Made by a program: the position numbers and the translations under genes | Shown here: one piece after another, positions 18,724 to 27,215 of the stretch | Layout: each line of letters begins with the position of its first letter | Numbering within the stretch: position 1 is the stretch's first letter | NCBI GenBank assembly: GCA_002336085.1 | Contig: DDEH01000027.1 | Span: 1-45,672, forward strand | Direction of reading: 5' to 3' | DNA: 45,672 nt | DNA from: Flavobacteriales bacterium UBA1959 | Lineage (GTDB): Bacteria > Bacteroidota > Bacteroidia > Flavobacteriales_D > Sanyastnellaceae | Notes under the pieces: model-generated | The model's database searches: none | Told to the model about the DNA's origin: nothing | What the model saw: only the letters and a program-made list of their open reading frames with translations

Positions 18724-19863
18724 ATGAAGAACATTTTTTTCCTCGTCTTTATGATCTCCGCCTTCACGGCTTATGGTCAAAAGCAAGTCGTATCTGCCTA
18801 TAATGCGAACAAAGCAGGCAAATATGCGGATGCCGCGACATACATTGACGAAGCCATTACAGTTGAAAAGGCGATGGCAAAAGAAAAAACATGGCGCTAC
18901 CGCGGTGAAATATATTTGAACATCGCCAAGGATACTGCTTTAATGGCTGCCTTTCCTCAAGCGTTGTGGACTGCAAAGGAATCCTATATAAAAGCCCGAG
19001 AGCTAGATACGAAAGGAAACTACGAGCGTGAAATTGTCACGGGGCTAGGAATTGTTCAAACCACGGCAGCCAACCAAGGAATCAACAATTATTCAATTGA
19101 AGCTTATGACCAAGCAGCAGATAAATTCGACTTGAGTGCTGAAATCGCGGGAATGTTTGATGTCTTGGACACGATGGCCATCTTCAATGCTGCGCTGTGT
19201 TATGAAAAATCCAACAAAGTCGATCTTGCTGTAGAGCGATACAAAACATGTGGAGCAAACGGCTACCAAGTACCCAATGTCTATCTTTTTATTGCGAATC
19301 TGCTTCGTCAGAATAGCCGAGATGAAGATGCATTGGTCGAATTGCAGGCTGCACGACAAATGTTTCCCAGGGAGCAGAGCCTGATCATTGAAGAATTAAA
19401 CATCTACCTCGAAGCCAAGGATTTTGAACGTGCCGAGAGCAATTTGAAATTGGCTGCGGAAGGTGATCCCACAAATGAAATCCTATGGTTTAGCCTGGGA
19501 AGCGTCTACGACAACCTCGAGAAAGACCAACTTGCTGCTGAGGCTTATTTGCAGGCCCTTGAATTAGCCCCAGCATATTTCGATGCCAATTACAATTTAG
19601 GCGCCATGTATTTCAACCAAGCTGTGCAGGGAACAAACGAAGCCAATGACATGTGGAAGCCACGGATGTCAAAGGCAGAAGGCGACAAACAAAAGAATCT
19701 AGAAGCAGCAGCTAAGGAAATGTTCACCCAAGCACGTCCATTCTTAGAAGCCGCGCATGATAATAATTCGAAGGACATCGATACCATTCGTTCCTTGCGA
19801 GACATCTATGCACGAACAGGGCAGGATGATCTTATGCTAAAAATGAGCGAACTACTGAAATAA
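18724..19863 (+). CDS. Secreted tetratricopeptide-repeat protein
   Basis: It has a signal peptide (FLVFMISAFTAYGQ) and repeated A/Y/L helical TPR-like units such as AEAYLQALELAPAYFDANYNLGAMYF. Confidence 0.65.
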   Translation: MKNIFFLVFMISAFTAYGQKQVVSAYNANKAGKYADAATYIDEAITVEKAMAKEKTWRYRGEIYLNIAKDTALMAAFPQALWTAKESYIKARELDTKGNYEREIVTGLGIVQTTAANQGINNYSIEAYDQAADKFDLSAEIAGMFDVLDTMAIFNAALCYEKSNKVDLAVERYKTCGANGYQVPNVYLFIANLLRQNSRDEDALVELQAARQMFPREQSLIIEELNIYLEAKDFERAESNLKLAAEGDPTNEILWFSLGSVYDNLEKDQLAAEAYLQALELAPAYFDANYNLGAMYFNQAVQGTNEANDMWKPRMSKAEGDKQKNLEAAAKEMFTQARPFLEAAHDNNSKDIDTIRSLRDIYARTGQDDLMLKMSELLK

Positions 19864-19891
19864 AGGCGACAGCAAACGATCAGTGCAAAAG

Positions 19892-19918
19892 AGGGATACC
19901 TAAGGTTTCCCTTTTTTT
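19892..19918 (+). terminator. Intrinsic terminator after the TPR gene
   Basis: The stem AGGGATACC / GGTTTCCCT has one mismatch and a TAA loop, and is followed by a run of 7 T. Confidence 0.7.
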
Positions 19919-20025
19919 GTGTCAAGAATTCTATTTAACATAATATTTATTATCATTCAATAGGAGCACTTTTTATTTGGTTGCCCTCAAATGCTCCAAT
20001 CAACGTTGCAACAAATATGCCCAAT

Positions 20026-20054
20026 AAAAAAGCCACCTCAGTCAGGTGGCTTTT
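20026..20054 (-). terminator. Intrinsic (bidirectional) terminator downstream of the S1 protease gene
   Basis: The stem AGCCACC / GGTGGCT has a 7-nt loop, with an A-run on the left and a T-run on the right. It lies 27 nt past the minus-strand stop at 20081. Confidence 0.7.
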
Positions 20055-20080
20055 CAATTCAAAACAATTTGCACATTCAT

Positions 20081-22393
20081 TCAATCCACCAACAACCGCA
20101 GGTGGCATACTCCGAGTATGTGATGCCGCATTGATAGCAAATAGAATCCGGGAGACCAATTGGACACATCCAATACGGTCATTGCATCCGTCAAGCGCAC
20201 AGTTGACATGACTTTGCCTGATCCATCAATTACCTGCAAATCCGATCCAACCCAGTCTAGAGCATCCAATTGTACACTTGCAGTTGCTGGATTTGGAAAG
20301 ACTTTCGGGGCATTCGATTGAATAGCCTCCAGTACCTCAGATACATCTGTGCAAAAAATGGCTTGATCGAAATCCTCAAATTCCCCTCCAGAATCGACCA
20401 ACGCTCCATTTTCGTCCAAAATCGTCCATGCACCCTCACCGTATTCGCAACATAGACCATCTCCGTAGCTATCGGATATTTCAAAGATATAGCAGCCATC
20501 AGCAAGGCACAGATCAACTTGCACCTCCGTGCCGTCTATGTCATCGTCATAAGGGCCACCAGTAAATAATACTTGCCCCAACTCTTTCAATTCCCACGTC
20601 ACTTCGCTTCCATAGTCATCCAACAAAATAACCAACTGATAATCGATTGTTGGCCCCAAGGACGTCACAAAGCTCACCATTGCAGCGTTGTTAAAATCAT
20701 TTTCGTCCAGCGTTCCATTGGGATTCGTCGCTCCAACTACCAATTGATTATCACCATCAATGACAACGAATTCCGGCAACTCAACTACGGCCGTTTCGAA
20801 TTGAGCAAGTGATCCCGACCAATTGATGGTTTGACTTTCGGCACCGTTGTAAGCGTAAGTGATGGTGACTGAAACGAGTTCATTAATGCCTGCGTTCGTC
20901 AATGTTACATTGGGCGTAAACGGTTCTGCTCCACACGCAAAGTCGGTTGGAATACCCGTCACCTGAATACCCGCATCAACATCGTATGCCACGGCACCTT
21001 CTGGCCATCCGTCTAGAATCAAAGACCCGGAATTTGTGGGATCAAGCCAATCGCGCAGACGCGTTGCTGCTGAACTACCATCCCAACTGACATCAAATCT
21101 TCCGTACCAATCAGGCTCGCCATTGTTGACATTCCCTGAACATGCCGCCGTGCCACCGTATAGTTGACCCACGATCCGATGATTTTGATCGTAAAGCGGC
21201 GAACCCGAGGAACCCGGCTCTGTCACTCCTTCCTCCCACTCGCTGATGTACCAAACTGCTGCTCCTCCTGTATTTTGTTCAGACGGAGCGTCTTCATCAA
21301 AACAAATCTTTTTCACATCTCCGCTGGGGTGGTGAATTCCAGTCAAATTAACAGGCTCCACTCCTGACGCATCCCAACCAGAATACTGCACATCATATGC
21401 CGCAGGCGGGGTTTCGCTCAATTCCACCAGTGCAAAATCACTGCCCGCATTGCTCGCCAACAAAGTGCCTCCCGAAATAACATCCGATGTTGGCGCATTA
21501 TTGGTACCTCCAGTACACCCTTCAATCTCGTGATTGAATAGGTAGGTCCAATTGTTTGGATTGCCCAAGCAATGATTTGCCGTCAAGAAATAAGGCGTGC
21601 CGTCTTGTGCTGTATTATTCACCAACGCACCTGTGCAAACGGCAAAATTTCCTTGGATGATCAAAGCAACACTCTTGCTTTCTGTCGACCAAGCAGCGCC
21701 TTCGGGGCAATTGATGTTGATGTTGCAGTTTCCAGAAGTGCCATATGGTCCTCGATTCTGCACTGACTCCGCATACCGATGAATACTGCGGTAGCTGTGG
21801 ATCACTTTTGAAACGTGTAATTCTACCTCAAAATCAACAATCAATGGCTCTCTGTATTCGATTACCACAGATGTACCAACAGTTTGTCCCACTGCTAGCG
21901 AGCCCCACTCCTTGTTATTTCGGTGATCAAATGACCCGATAAAATCCGTGCGATTAACGTTCCAAATAAACAATTCTCCGCCTTTTGGAAGACGATACTC
22001 GTCGAAGAAAAAACTCAATCCTAAAGCGTCGCTTGCATCAATTCTTAGGCGCCAAACGCGGACGTTGAACTCCTCGGTCCATACGCCTTCAGATTGAAGG
22101 TCTATATCTACATCAAACTCCACACCGAAACGCCATGGTGCTTCTTTGTATTGATCCGTAATTGCGTCTTGAGTTTCAAGCGCTTCACGATCAATAGCAG
22201 GCATACGCAAAGCAGGTATGGACTCTTCGTTGACATTCCAGTTGGGTTTGCCTCCTTGGCTGACTTGAGAAGTAACCTCAATGGATGAAGCCACAAAAGC
22301 GATGAGCATTAGAGTGCATAGACTTCGTTGGATACTTGCGATTTGAATATTGAACATTAAAGAGAATATTTTTTTCAGTTTCTGTATTGACAT
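20081..22393 (-). CDS. Secreted trypsin-fold (S1) serine endopeptidase with T9SS type-A C-terminal sorting domain
   Basis: It has a signal peptide, a catalytic His context LTANHC and a Ser context EPGSSGSPLY. The C-terminal sorting domain reads KVFPNPATASVQLD...GFYLL. The start is ambiguous between ATG 22393 and ATG 22357. Confidence 0.7.
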   Translation of the reverse strand: MSIQKLKKIFSLMFNIQIASIQRSLCTLMLIAFVASSIEVTSQVSQGGKPNWNVNEESIPALRMPAIDREALETQDAITDQYKEAPWRFGVEFDVDIDLQSEGVWTEEFNVRVWRLRIDASDALGLSFFFDEYRLPKGGELFIWNVNRTDFIGSFDHRNNKEWGSLAVGQTVGTSVVIEYREPLIVDFEVELHVSKVIHSYRSIHRYAESVQNRGPYGTSGNCNININCPEGAAWSTESKSVALIIQGNFAVCTGALVNNTAQDGTPYFLTANHCLGNPNNWTYLFNHEIEGCTGGTNNAPTSDVISGGTLLASNAGSDFALVELSETPPAAYDVQYSGWDASGVEPVNLTGIHHPSGDVKKICFDEDAPSEQNTGGAAVWYISEWEEGVTEPGSSGSPLYDQNHRIVGQLYGGTAACSGNVNNGEPDWYGRFDVSWDGSSAATRLRDWLDPTNSGSLILDGWPEGAVAYDVDAGIQVTGIPTDFACGAEPFTPNVTLTNAGINELVSVTITYAYNGAESQTINWSGSLAQFETAVVELPEFVVIDGDNQLVVGATNPNGTLDENDFNNAAMVSFVTSLGPTIDYQLVILLDDYGSEVTWELKELGQVLFTGGPYDDDIDGTEVQVDLCLADGCYIFEISDSYGDGLCCEYGEGAWTILDENGALVDSGGEFEDFDQAIFCTDVSEVLEAIQSNAPKVFPNPATASVQLDALDWVGSDLQVIDGSGKVMSTVRLTDAMTVLDVSNWSPGFYLLSMRHHILGVCHLRLLVD

Positions 22394-22633
22394 ATAGACC
22401 AATGGACAGCTAATGTATACAACCAAACAATATGGGGAAATGTTGCTTGAGCAAGCTGATGTTTGAATGAATGCACCAAGGAATCCAAACCGGTTAGAGC
22501 CTTTGCCTCGTTTTGGTGAAGTCGATCAAATTTTCAGAGAAGTAATATTTCTTTTCCGAAGAAGATGAAACTAGCACCGACGATTCTTCCAATGAAACTC
22601 TGCACAAATTGAAACATATTGATTTGTTTGACG

Positions 22634-22641
22634 TAAATTTG
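22634..22641 (+). promoter_or_regulatory. -7 promoter-like motif TAAATTTG for tRNA-Ser
   Basis: Exact TAnnTTTG match ending 10 nt before the mature tRNA 5' end. A TTG lies at 22608-22610, about 23 nt upstream. Confidence 0.5.
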
Positions 22642-22651
22642 CGCGGACTTT

Positions 22652-22737
22652 GGAGGTTTGGCAGAGTTGGTCGATCGCACCGGTCTTGAAAACCGGCGTA
22701 CCGCAAGGTACCGGGGGTTCGAATCCCTCAGCCTCCG
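22652..22737 (+). tRNA. tRNA-Ser (anticodon UGA), type II with long variable arm; CCA not encoded
   Basis: The acceptor stem is GGAGGTT / AGCCTCC. The anticodon arm is CCGGT-CTTGAAA-ACCGG, giving anticodon TGA. The variable arm is GTACC-GCAA-GGTAC. The T arm is GGGGG-TTCGAAT-CCCTC and the discriminator is G. Confidence 0.92.
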
Positions 22738-22748
22738 CAAAAAAGAAA

Positions 22749-22778
22749 AACGCCCGCTATTTCAGCGGGCGTTTTTTG
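22749..22778. terminator. Bidirectional intrinsic terminator shared by tRNA-Ser and the convergent esterase gene
   Basis: The stem AACGCCCGC / GCGGGCGTT has loop TATTTCA. A T-run follows on the plus strand, and an A-rich run precedes it, which reads as a T-run on the minus strand. Confidence 0.8.
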
Positions 22779-22801
22779 TTTCAGATCGATGCAAGGAGAA
22801 A

Positions 22802-24664
22802 TCATTCTGCACCAATGCGCTTTTCTACCGTGCCGTCAGAGTAGATAAAAAGTCGTAATTCTCCTGGAATCGGCTTCGACTTTCGGCCTAACAGGTCAAT
22901 CACGTTGACGAGCCTGCGATTGTCGAGTCCCACTTCACTGCCAATATCTTCAGGCACATTCTGGCACAACTGTTCGAAAAACAACCAAGCCTCCAAACTC
23001 GCATCAATGTCCATATTGCCATAGGCGCCGGGCCAGTCATGGCCACCACCTTCGACTGTGTAAAGACGGACTTCAGCACACCCCCCTGCTGGGTCACCGT
23101 ATCGAACTGCATTCACTTCACTTCCATCATTGGGAGCAACATCATCAAATGAATACTCCTCTTCTTGTTCAAGCCCAAAAAGATTTACAAAGAAATCGAT
23201 TGTAGCCGGAATGCTCGGGTAAGCGCCCCAGCCATCATTGTTGTTTGGGTCACCCTCAAAATAAGTCACGTTGTCATTTGTTCCATGAATCTCCAAAATC
23301 GGAACCTCACTTGACGGGTTGCAATTGTCCATGATCTCCTGCATAATCATGCCGGAAATGGGCGCTACCGCTTTGAAATCCTCAGATGCTTCACAGGCCA
23401 GCAGATAGCAGAAATCTCCGCCATTCGACATGCCTGTGCAAAAGACTTCGTCCGTTAGAATCCCGTAGTCATCTCCAAAAACATTCGTGAGCGTTTGCAG
23501 GTATGCCACATCGTCAACTGTCTCGTTGTTCTGAAAGTCGTAACCTACATTCCAAAATGCATTTCCAAAGGAATCATCTATGCCCTGCGGGTAGCAGACC
23601 GCGAAACCAAATTGATCTGCAAGCGCATTAAAACCTGAATAATTCATGATGCCTTGAGCACTTCCTGAATATCCATGACAGACATAAACCAGCGGGCAAT
23701 ACTGAAGGGCTGAAGCGGGACGGTAGAAGATATATTCGCGTTCTATACCACCATCCATAATTGAGCCATATTCAAGGACAGATATATCGATTGTTTGCGA
23801 ATTGTTATCCAAGTTATCATCCACTATGCCATTCACTGAAACGATTGAAACAATGAGTTGAAGGGCGCCCATGGCGTCAATGATCAATTCATCTGGATGC
23901 TGGAAGGAGAAATTTTCGCCGGCTTCTAATCCCAAGTCGTCAAAGCTAGCCGTGAATTCATCCCCTCCGATTGACCATGCAACATCAACACTAAAGATTT
24001 CCTCAAGCCCAGTATTCGTAACTGTACCTTCAATTTGAACTTCATCTCCCAAACTAAGATTGGAAGAGACATCAACACTATTTAAAGCCGCATCCAAACC
24101 GCTTGGCTCAAAAACAACAACATCGTCAACAGCACATCCAAAAACCCAACCGCCATTGTCATTGTAGCGGAAGGCAATTAACACATCCGACTCTCCAATA
24201 AGGCTTGCCAAAGACACTGAATATCCTTCCCACGACCCATTATCTGAACCTTCAATTTCTTCTAGGACATTCCAATCTTCTCCTCCGTCCAAAGAATACT
24301 CTATTGTGGCTACTTCTGTTGCTCCTTCAAAAGTACCTCCATCGTAGTATGCATTGAACTGCAGCATTACCGCCTCATTAGCAGAGAAGTCAAAAGGTGG
24401 CATGATCAAATAATCAGCGCTTTTGTCGCAATCACATCCATCATCATTCGTCGCAATAAAGTTTCCATGAGGTGCAATACTCCAATAGTCACTTTGCAGC
24501 TGAGAGTTCACACCAAGGAGCCAACCTCCGTCATTGGACAAAGTCTGCTGTGTCCAATCCTCCGGGAGTCCGCTCATTTCAAAATCCTCATTGAGCAAAA
24601 TTGTTTGACTCCAAAGAGGCAAGCACAAGAGGGTAATTAAAGCAAGCATGTAATACTTTTGCAT
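22802..24664 (-). CDS. Secreted alpha/beta-hydrolase esterase (PHB-depolymerase/feruloyl-esterase-like) with N-terminal jelly-roll (MAM-like) module
   Basis: It has a signal peptide (LALITLLCLPLWSQ) and an N-terminal LLNEDFE...GW module. The nucleophile elbow is GxSxG in CTGMSNGG, and HGTNDN is present. The short C-terminal VIDLLGRK...DGTVEKRI resembles the distal half of a T9SS CTD. Confidence 0.6.
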   Translation of the reverse strand: MQKYYMLALITLLCLPLWSQTILLNEDFEMSGLPEDWTQQTLSNDGGWLLGVNSQLQSDYWSIAPHGNFIATNDDGCDCDKSADYLIMPPFDFSANEAVMLQFNAYYDGGTFEGATEVATIEYSLDGGEDWNVLEEIEGSDNGSWEGYSVSLASLIGESDVLIAFRYNDNGGWVFGCAVDDVVVFEPSGLDAALNSVDVSSNLSLGDEVQIEGTVTNTGLEEIFSVDVAWSIGGDEFTASFDDLGLEAGENFSFQHPDELIIDAMGALQLIVSIVSVNGIVDDNLDNNSQTIDISVLEYGSIMDGGIEREYIFYRPASALQYCPLVYVCHGYSGSAQGIMNYSGFNALADQFGFAVCYPQGIDDSFGNAFWNVGYDFQNNETVDDVAYLQTLTNVFGDDYGILTDEVFCTGMSNGGDFCYLLACEASEDFKAVAPISGMIMQEIMDNCNPSSEVPILEIHGTNDNVTYFEGDPNNNDGWGAYPSIPATIDFFVNLFGLEQEEEYSFDDVAPNDGSEVNAVRYGDPAGGCAEVRLYTVEGGGHDWPGAYGNMDIDASLEAWLFFEQLCQNVPEDIGSEVGLDNRRLVNVIDLLGRKSKPIPGELRLFIYSDGTVEKRIGAE

Positions 24665-24820
24665 GTCAATGTGTTGGTTTAAAAGTTCTTAAGTCGGGGT
24701 AAGGCCTTCAATCCGCAAGTTTAGCACGAAGCAACCTGTTTGCCTATTTGCGATCAATAAATCCAAAGGTTTTTTTTCCACAAATTGCTTGTTCCTCTAA
24801 GATTGAAGTAATTTTAGAGA

Positions 24821-26314
24821 ATGCGCCTCTTCATTTTGATTTTCCCCATTCTTTTTATGAGTCAAGCCATCGCTCAATCCGATTGCGAATGGCAGCCAGA
24901 TAGCGACCAAAATTATTTTATAAGCGTAACCGATGTTCTAGCTGTGCTTGGTATTTTTGGACAAGCTGACACCGATCAAGATGGAATCTGGGACGGATCA
25001 GACATGTGCACTGATCCTGATGCATGCAATTACAGTGCAAACCCAACCCTCCCATGCGTTTATCTCGACGTTGCCGGAATCTGCGGAGGCAATAATAATT
25101 TGCCAACGCTGCTCATTGGAGATTGGACATTCAGCACATTGGCCGGAGCATTGGAAGTAGGACCATCCCCGGGAAACAACGACTGGTATTCCAGTGCGCC
25201 CAATGGACTGCAAAGCGCACAATACGACGATGTGTATACATTCCAGGAAGATGGTTCCTTGATCGCTGATTACAGCGGCAGCATTATCGATGCTTTTTCA
25301 GACTATAGCGAGCAAGGATACAGCTGTTCCTCGATTGATTTTAACTTCAATTCAAATGATGAAAACACGGCACTGCCCTCGTTTGAAATGCTGCCCGCCT
25401 CCACGACGTGTTCCTGCCCGTTTATGGGGACCAACGATGCCGGGCTGATTTACAGCATAGCCAGCTTGACAGCCAATGAGTTGGTTCTTCAAGTTCAAGG
25501 TGACGACAACAATTGCAACGCGTCGGATGCTTACTTCATGTTCACTTTTGTTCGCGTTTCCACAGAATCCGGAGATGAAACCGGCTACCCCGCACCTGAA
25601 TCCTACCCGGGAATGGCACTGGTATGGTCAGATGAATTCGACGGGGATTCTGTGAATTTGCAAAATTGGACGTATGACCTTGGAGCGAATGGCTGGGGAA
25701 ATAATGAATGGCAAGACTATACAAACTCCGCCGCGAATAGCTCGGTGGCAGAGGGCGTTTTGACCATCACAGCTCGTCAAAACGGATCCTCTTACACCTC
25801 TGCTCGGCTCAAGACACAGGGCCTGCAAGACTTTCAATACGGCAGGATCGACATCCGTGCGAAACTACCAGAAGGACAAGGGATTTGGCCAGCTCTTTGG
25901 ATGCTAGGAATCAATATTACTGATGGTGGATGGCCTCAATGCGGGGAAATTGATATCATGGAAATGGTAGGGCATGAACCTTCAACTATTCACGGCACCG
26001 CTCACTGGGGAAGCAGCTGGGATGTTCATCAGTACAGCGGTGAAAGCATTGAATTGTCCAATGGCCAGGCCTTCAGTGAACAGTTTCATCTGTTCTCGAT
26101 AGACTGGCAGCAAGATGAAATCAAGTGGTACATGGATGATCAATTGTTTTACAGCATCTCACCGAATCAGATGAATGGTCAGCCTTATCCTTTCAATGCC
26201 TCGTTCTTTTTCATCATGAATATTGCCGTAGGTGGAAATTGGCCGGGTTACCCCGATGCATCAACCGTGTTTCCACAAGAAATGGTCATTGACTGCGTTC
26301 GGGTATTCCAATGA
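24821..26314 (+). CDS. Secreted glycoside hydrolase family 16 (laminarinase-type beta-glucanase) with about 250-aa N-terminal uncharacterised module
   Basis: It has a signal peptide and the GH16 catalytic ExDxxE motif in GEIDIMEMVG, plus WPALWMLG. The N-terminal part has a DxDxDG Ca-binding-like DTDQDGIWDGSD and a Cys-rich CTDPDACNY segment. Confidence 0.8.
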   Translation: MRLFILIFPILFMSQAIAQSDCEWQPDSDQNYFISVTDVLAVLGIFGQADTDQDGIWDGSDMCTDPDACNYSANPTLPCVYLDVAGICGGNNNLPTLLIGDWTFSTLAGALEVGPSPGNNDWYSSAPNGLQSAQYDDVYTFQEDGSLIADYSGSIIDAFSDYSEQGYSCSSIDFNFNSNDENTALPSFEMLPASTTCSCPFMGTNDAGLIYSIASLTANELVLQVQGDDNNCNASDAYFMFTFVRVSTESGDETGYPAPESYPGMALVWSDEFDGDSVNLQNWTYDLGANGWGNNEWQDYTNSAANSSVAEGVLTITARQNGSSYTSARLKTQGLQDFQYGRIDIRAKLPEGQGIWPALWMLGINITDGGWPQCGEIDIMEMVGHEPSTIHGTAHWGSSWDVHQYSGESIELSNGQAFSEQFHLFSIDWQQDEIKWYMDDQLFYSISPNQMNGQPYPFNASFFFIMNIAVGGNWPGYPDASTVFPQEMVIDCVRVFQ

Positions 26315-27201
26315 TTCATCCTTCAGCTAAGATGCAACCTCCCTCGCCCCACACGAATTCTTGGTTCATTGATGAGCAGTGGTGCCGTCTGACTACTTCA
26401 ACAGATCCTTGGATCGGTCCCAATGGTCTGATCATGGGACAAGTAACCATTAAGGGGATTCGCGGTCTCATCACCCCACCCTGGGCCCTTCACACCGAGT
26501 GGGAAGAAAAGGGCAGCGACCATGTCACAAATCTCGATGCTATTAGAGATTCATTGGAACAACAAAAAAGGCCACTCATCGTACTGGATTTTCCAATTGG
26601 CACCGATTGCAATTGGAACGCACCTTGGAGGGTACAAGAGAGCCACACTCGAATACTTGCGTGGAAGCCGGGAGATTCAGGTCACGAGCAATGGCCAAAG
26701 CACCGAATCAAGCAAGTCAAAAAAGGAGCAACCAAAGGAATTCGAATCGAAACCTCGAACGATATAAATGAAGTATTGGCCTTGCATCAGATGGCACGGG
26801 AACGCAAAGAAATTCCATCCAATTCAGAGACGCTTAAGAATTTATTGAAGCACATCCTGAAAAGCACGCACCAGTCAAGTTTAATTGCACGAGATGAGCA
26901 TGGATCGGCGATTGCTAACGCTGTAATTCTCCACAACAAAGGACGTTCGATTTACGCATTCGGCGGTCAAAAACGGTCATCTCTCTCTGCATTGGCCTCG
27001 GTCATGCTCATTCATAGTGCCATAGACATTGCGCGACAAATTGGACAAACTTCATTTGATTTTGGAGGTTCTCGTGACCCCGGTGTAGATCGCTTTTATG
27101 CAGAATTTGGTGCGAAACGCGTAATAAAGCACAGAGCTGTTTTGTGCCGGAAACCACAAGCATGGTGGCTTCGTTGGGTGCGCCCTGACCTCTTTCGTTA
27201 G
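26311..27201 (+). CDS. FemAB/GNAT-fold acyl- or aminoacyl-transferase-like protein
   Basis: There is no signal peptide. The C-terminal pattern IYAFGGQ...LMLIHSAIDIARQIGQTSFDFGGS is typical of FemAB/BioF2-like acetyltransferase domains. ATGA overlaps the GH16 stop. Confidence 0.45.
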   Translation: MIHPSAKMQPPSPHTNSWFIDEQWCRLTTSTDPWIGPNGLIMGQVTIKGIRGLITPPWALHTEWEEKGSDHVTNLDAIRDSLEQQKRPLIVLDFPIGTDCNWNAPWRVQESHTRILAWKPGDSGHEQWPKHRIKQVKKGATKGIRIETSNDINEVLALHQMARERKEIPSNSETLKNLLKHILKSTHQSSLIARDEHGSAIANAVILHNKGRSIYAFGGQKRSSLSALASVMLIHSAIDIARQIGQTSFDFGGSRDPGVDRFYAEFGAKRVIKHRAVLCRKPQAWWLRWVRPDLFR

Positions 27202-27215
27202 CTAATTTTGCTCGC

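Noticed and set aside
22494-22858. Four ORF-track entries (22494-22706, 22534-22740, 22650-22844, 22658-22858) in the gap between the protease and esterase genes
   Set aside because: They overlap the tRNA-Ser gene and its terminator on either strand. The tRNA cloverleaf explains the sequence, and the peptides have no protein-like features.
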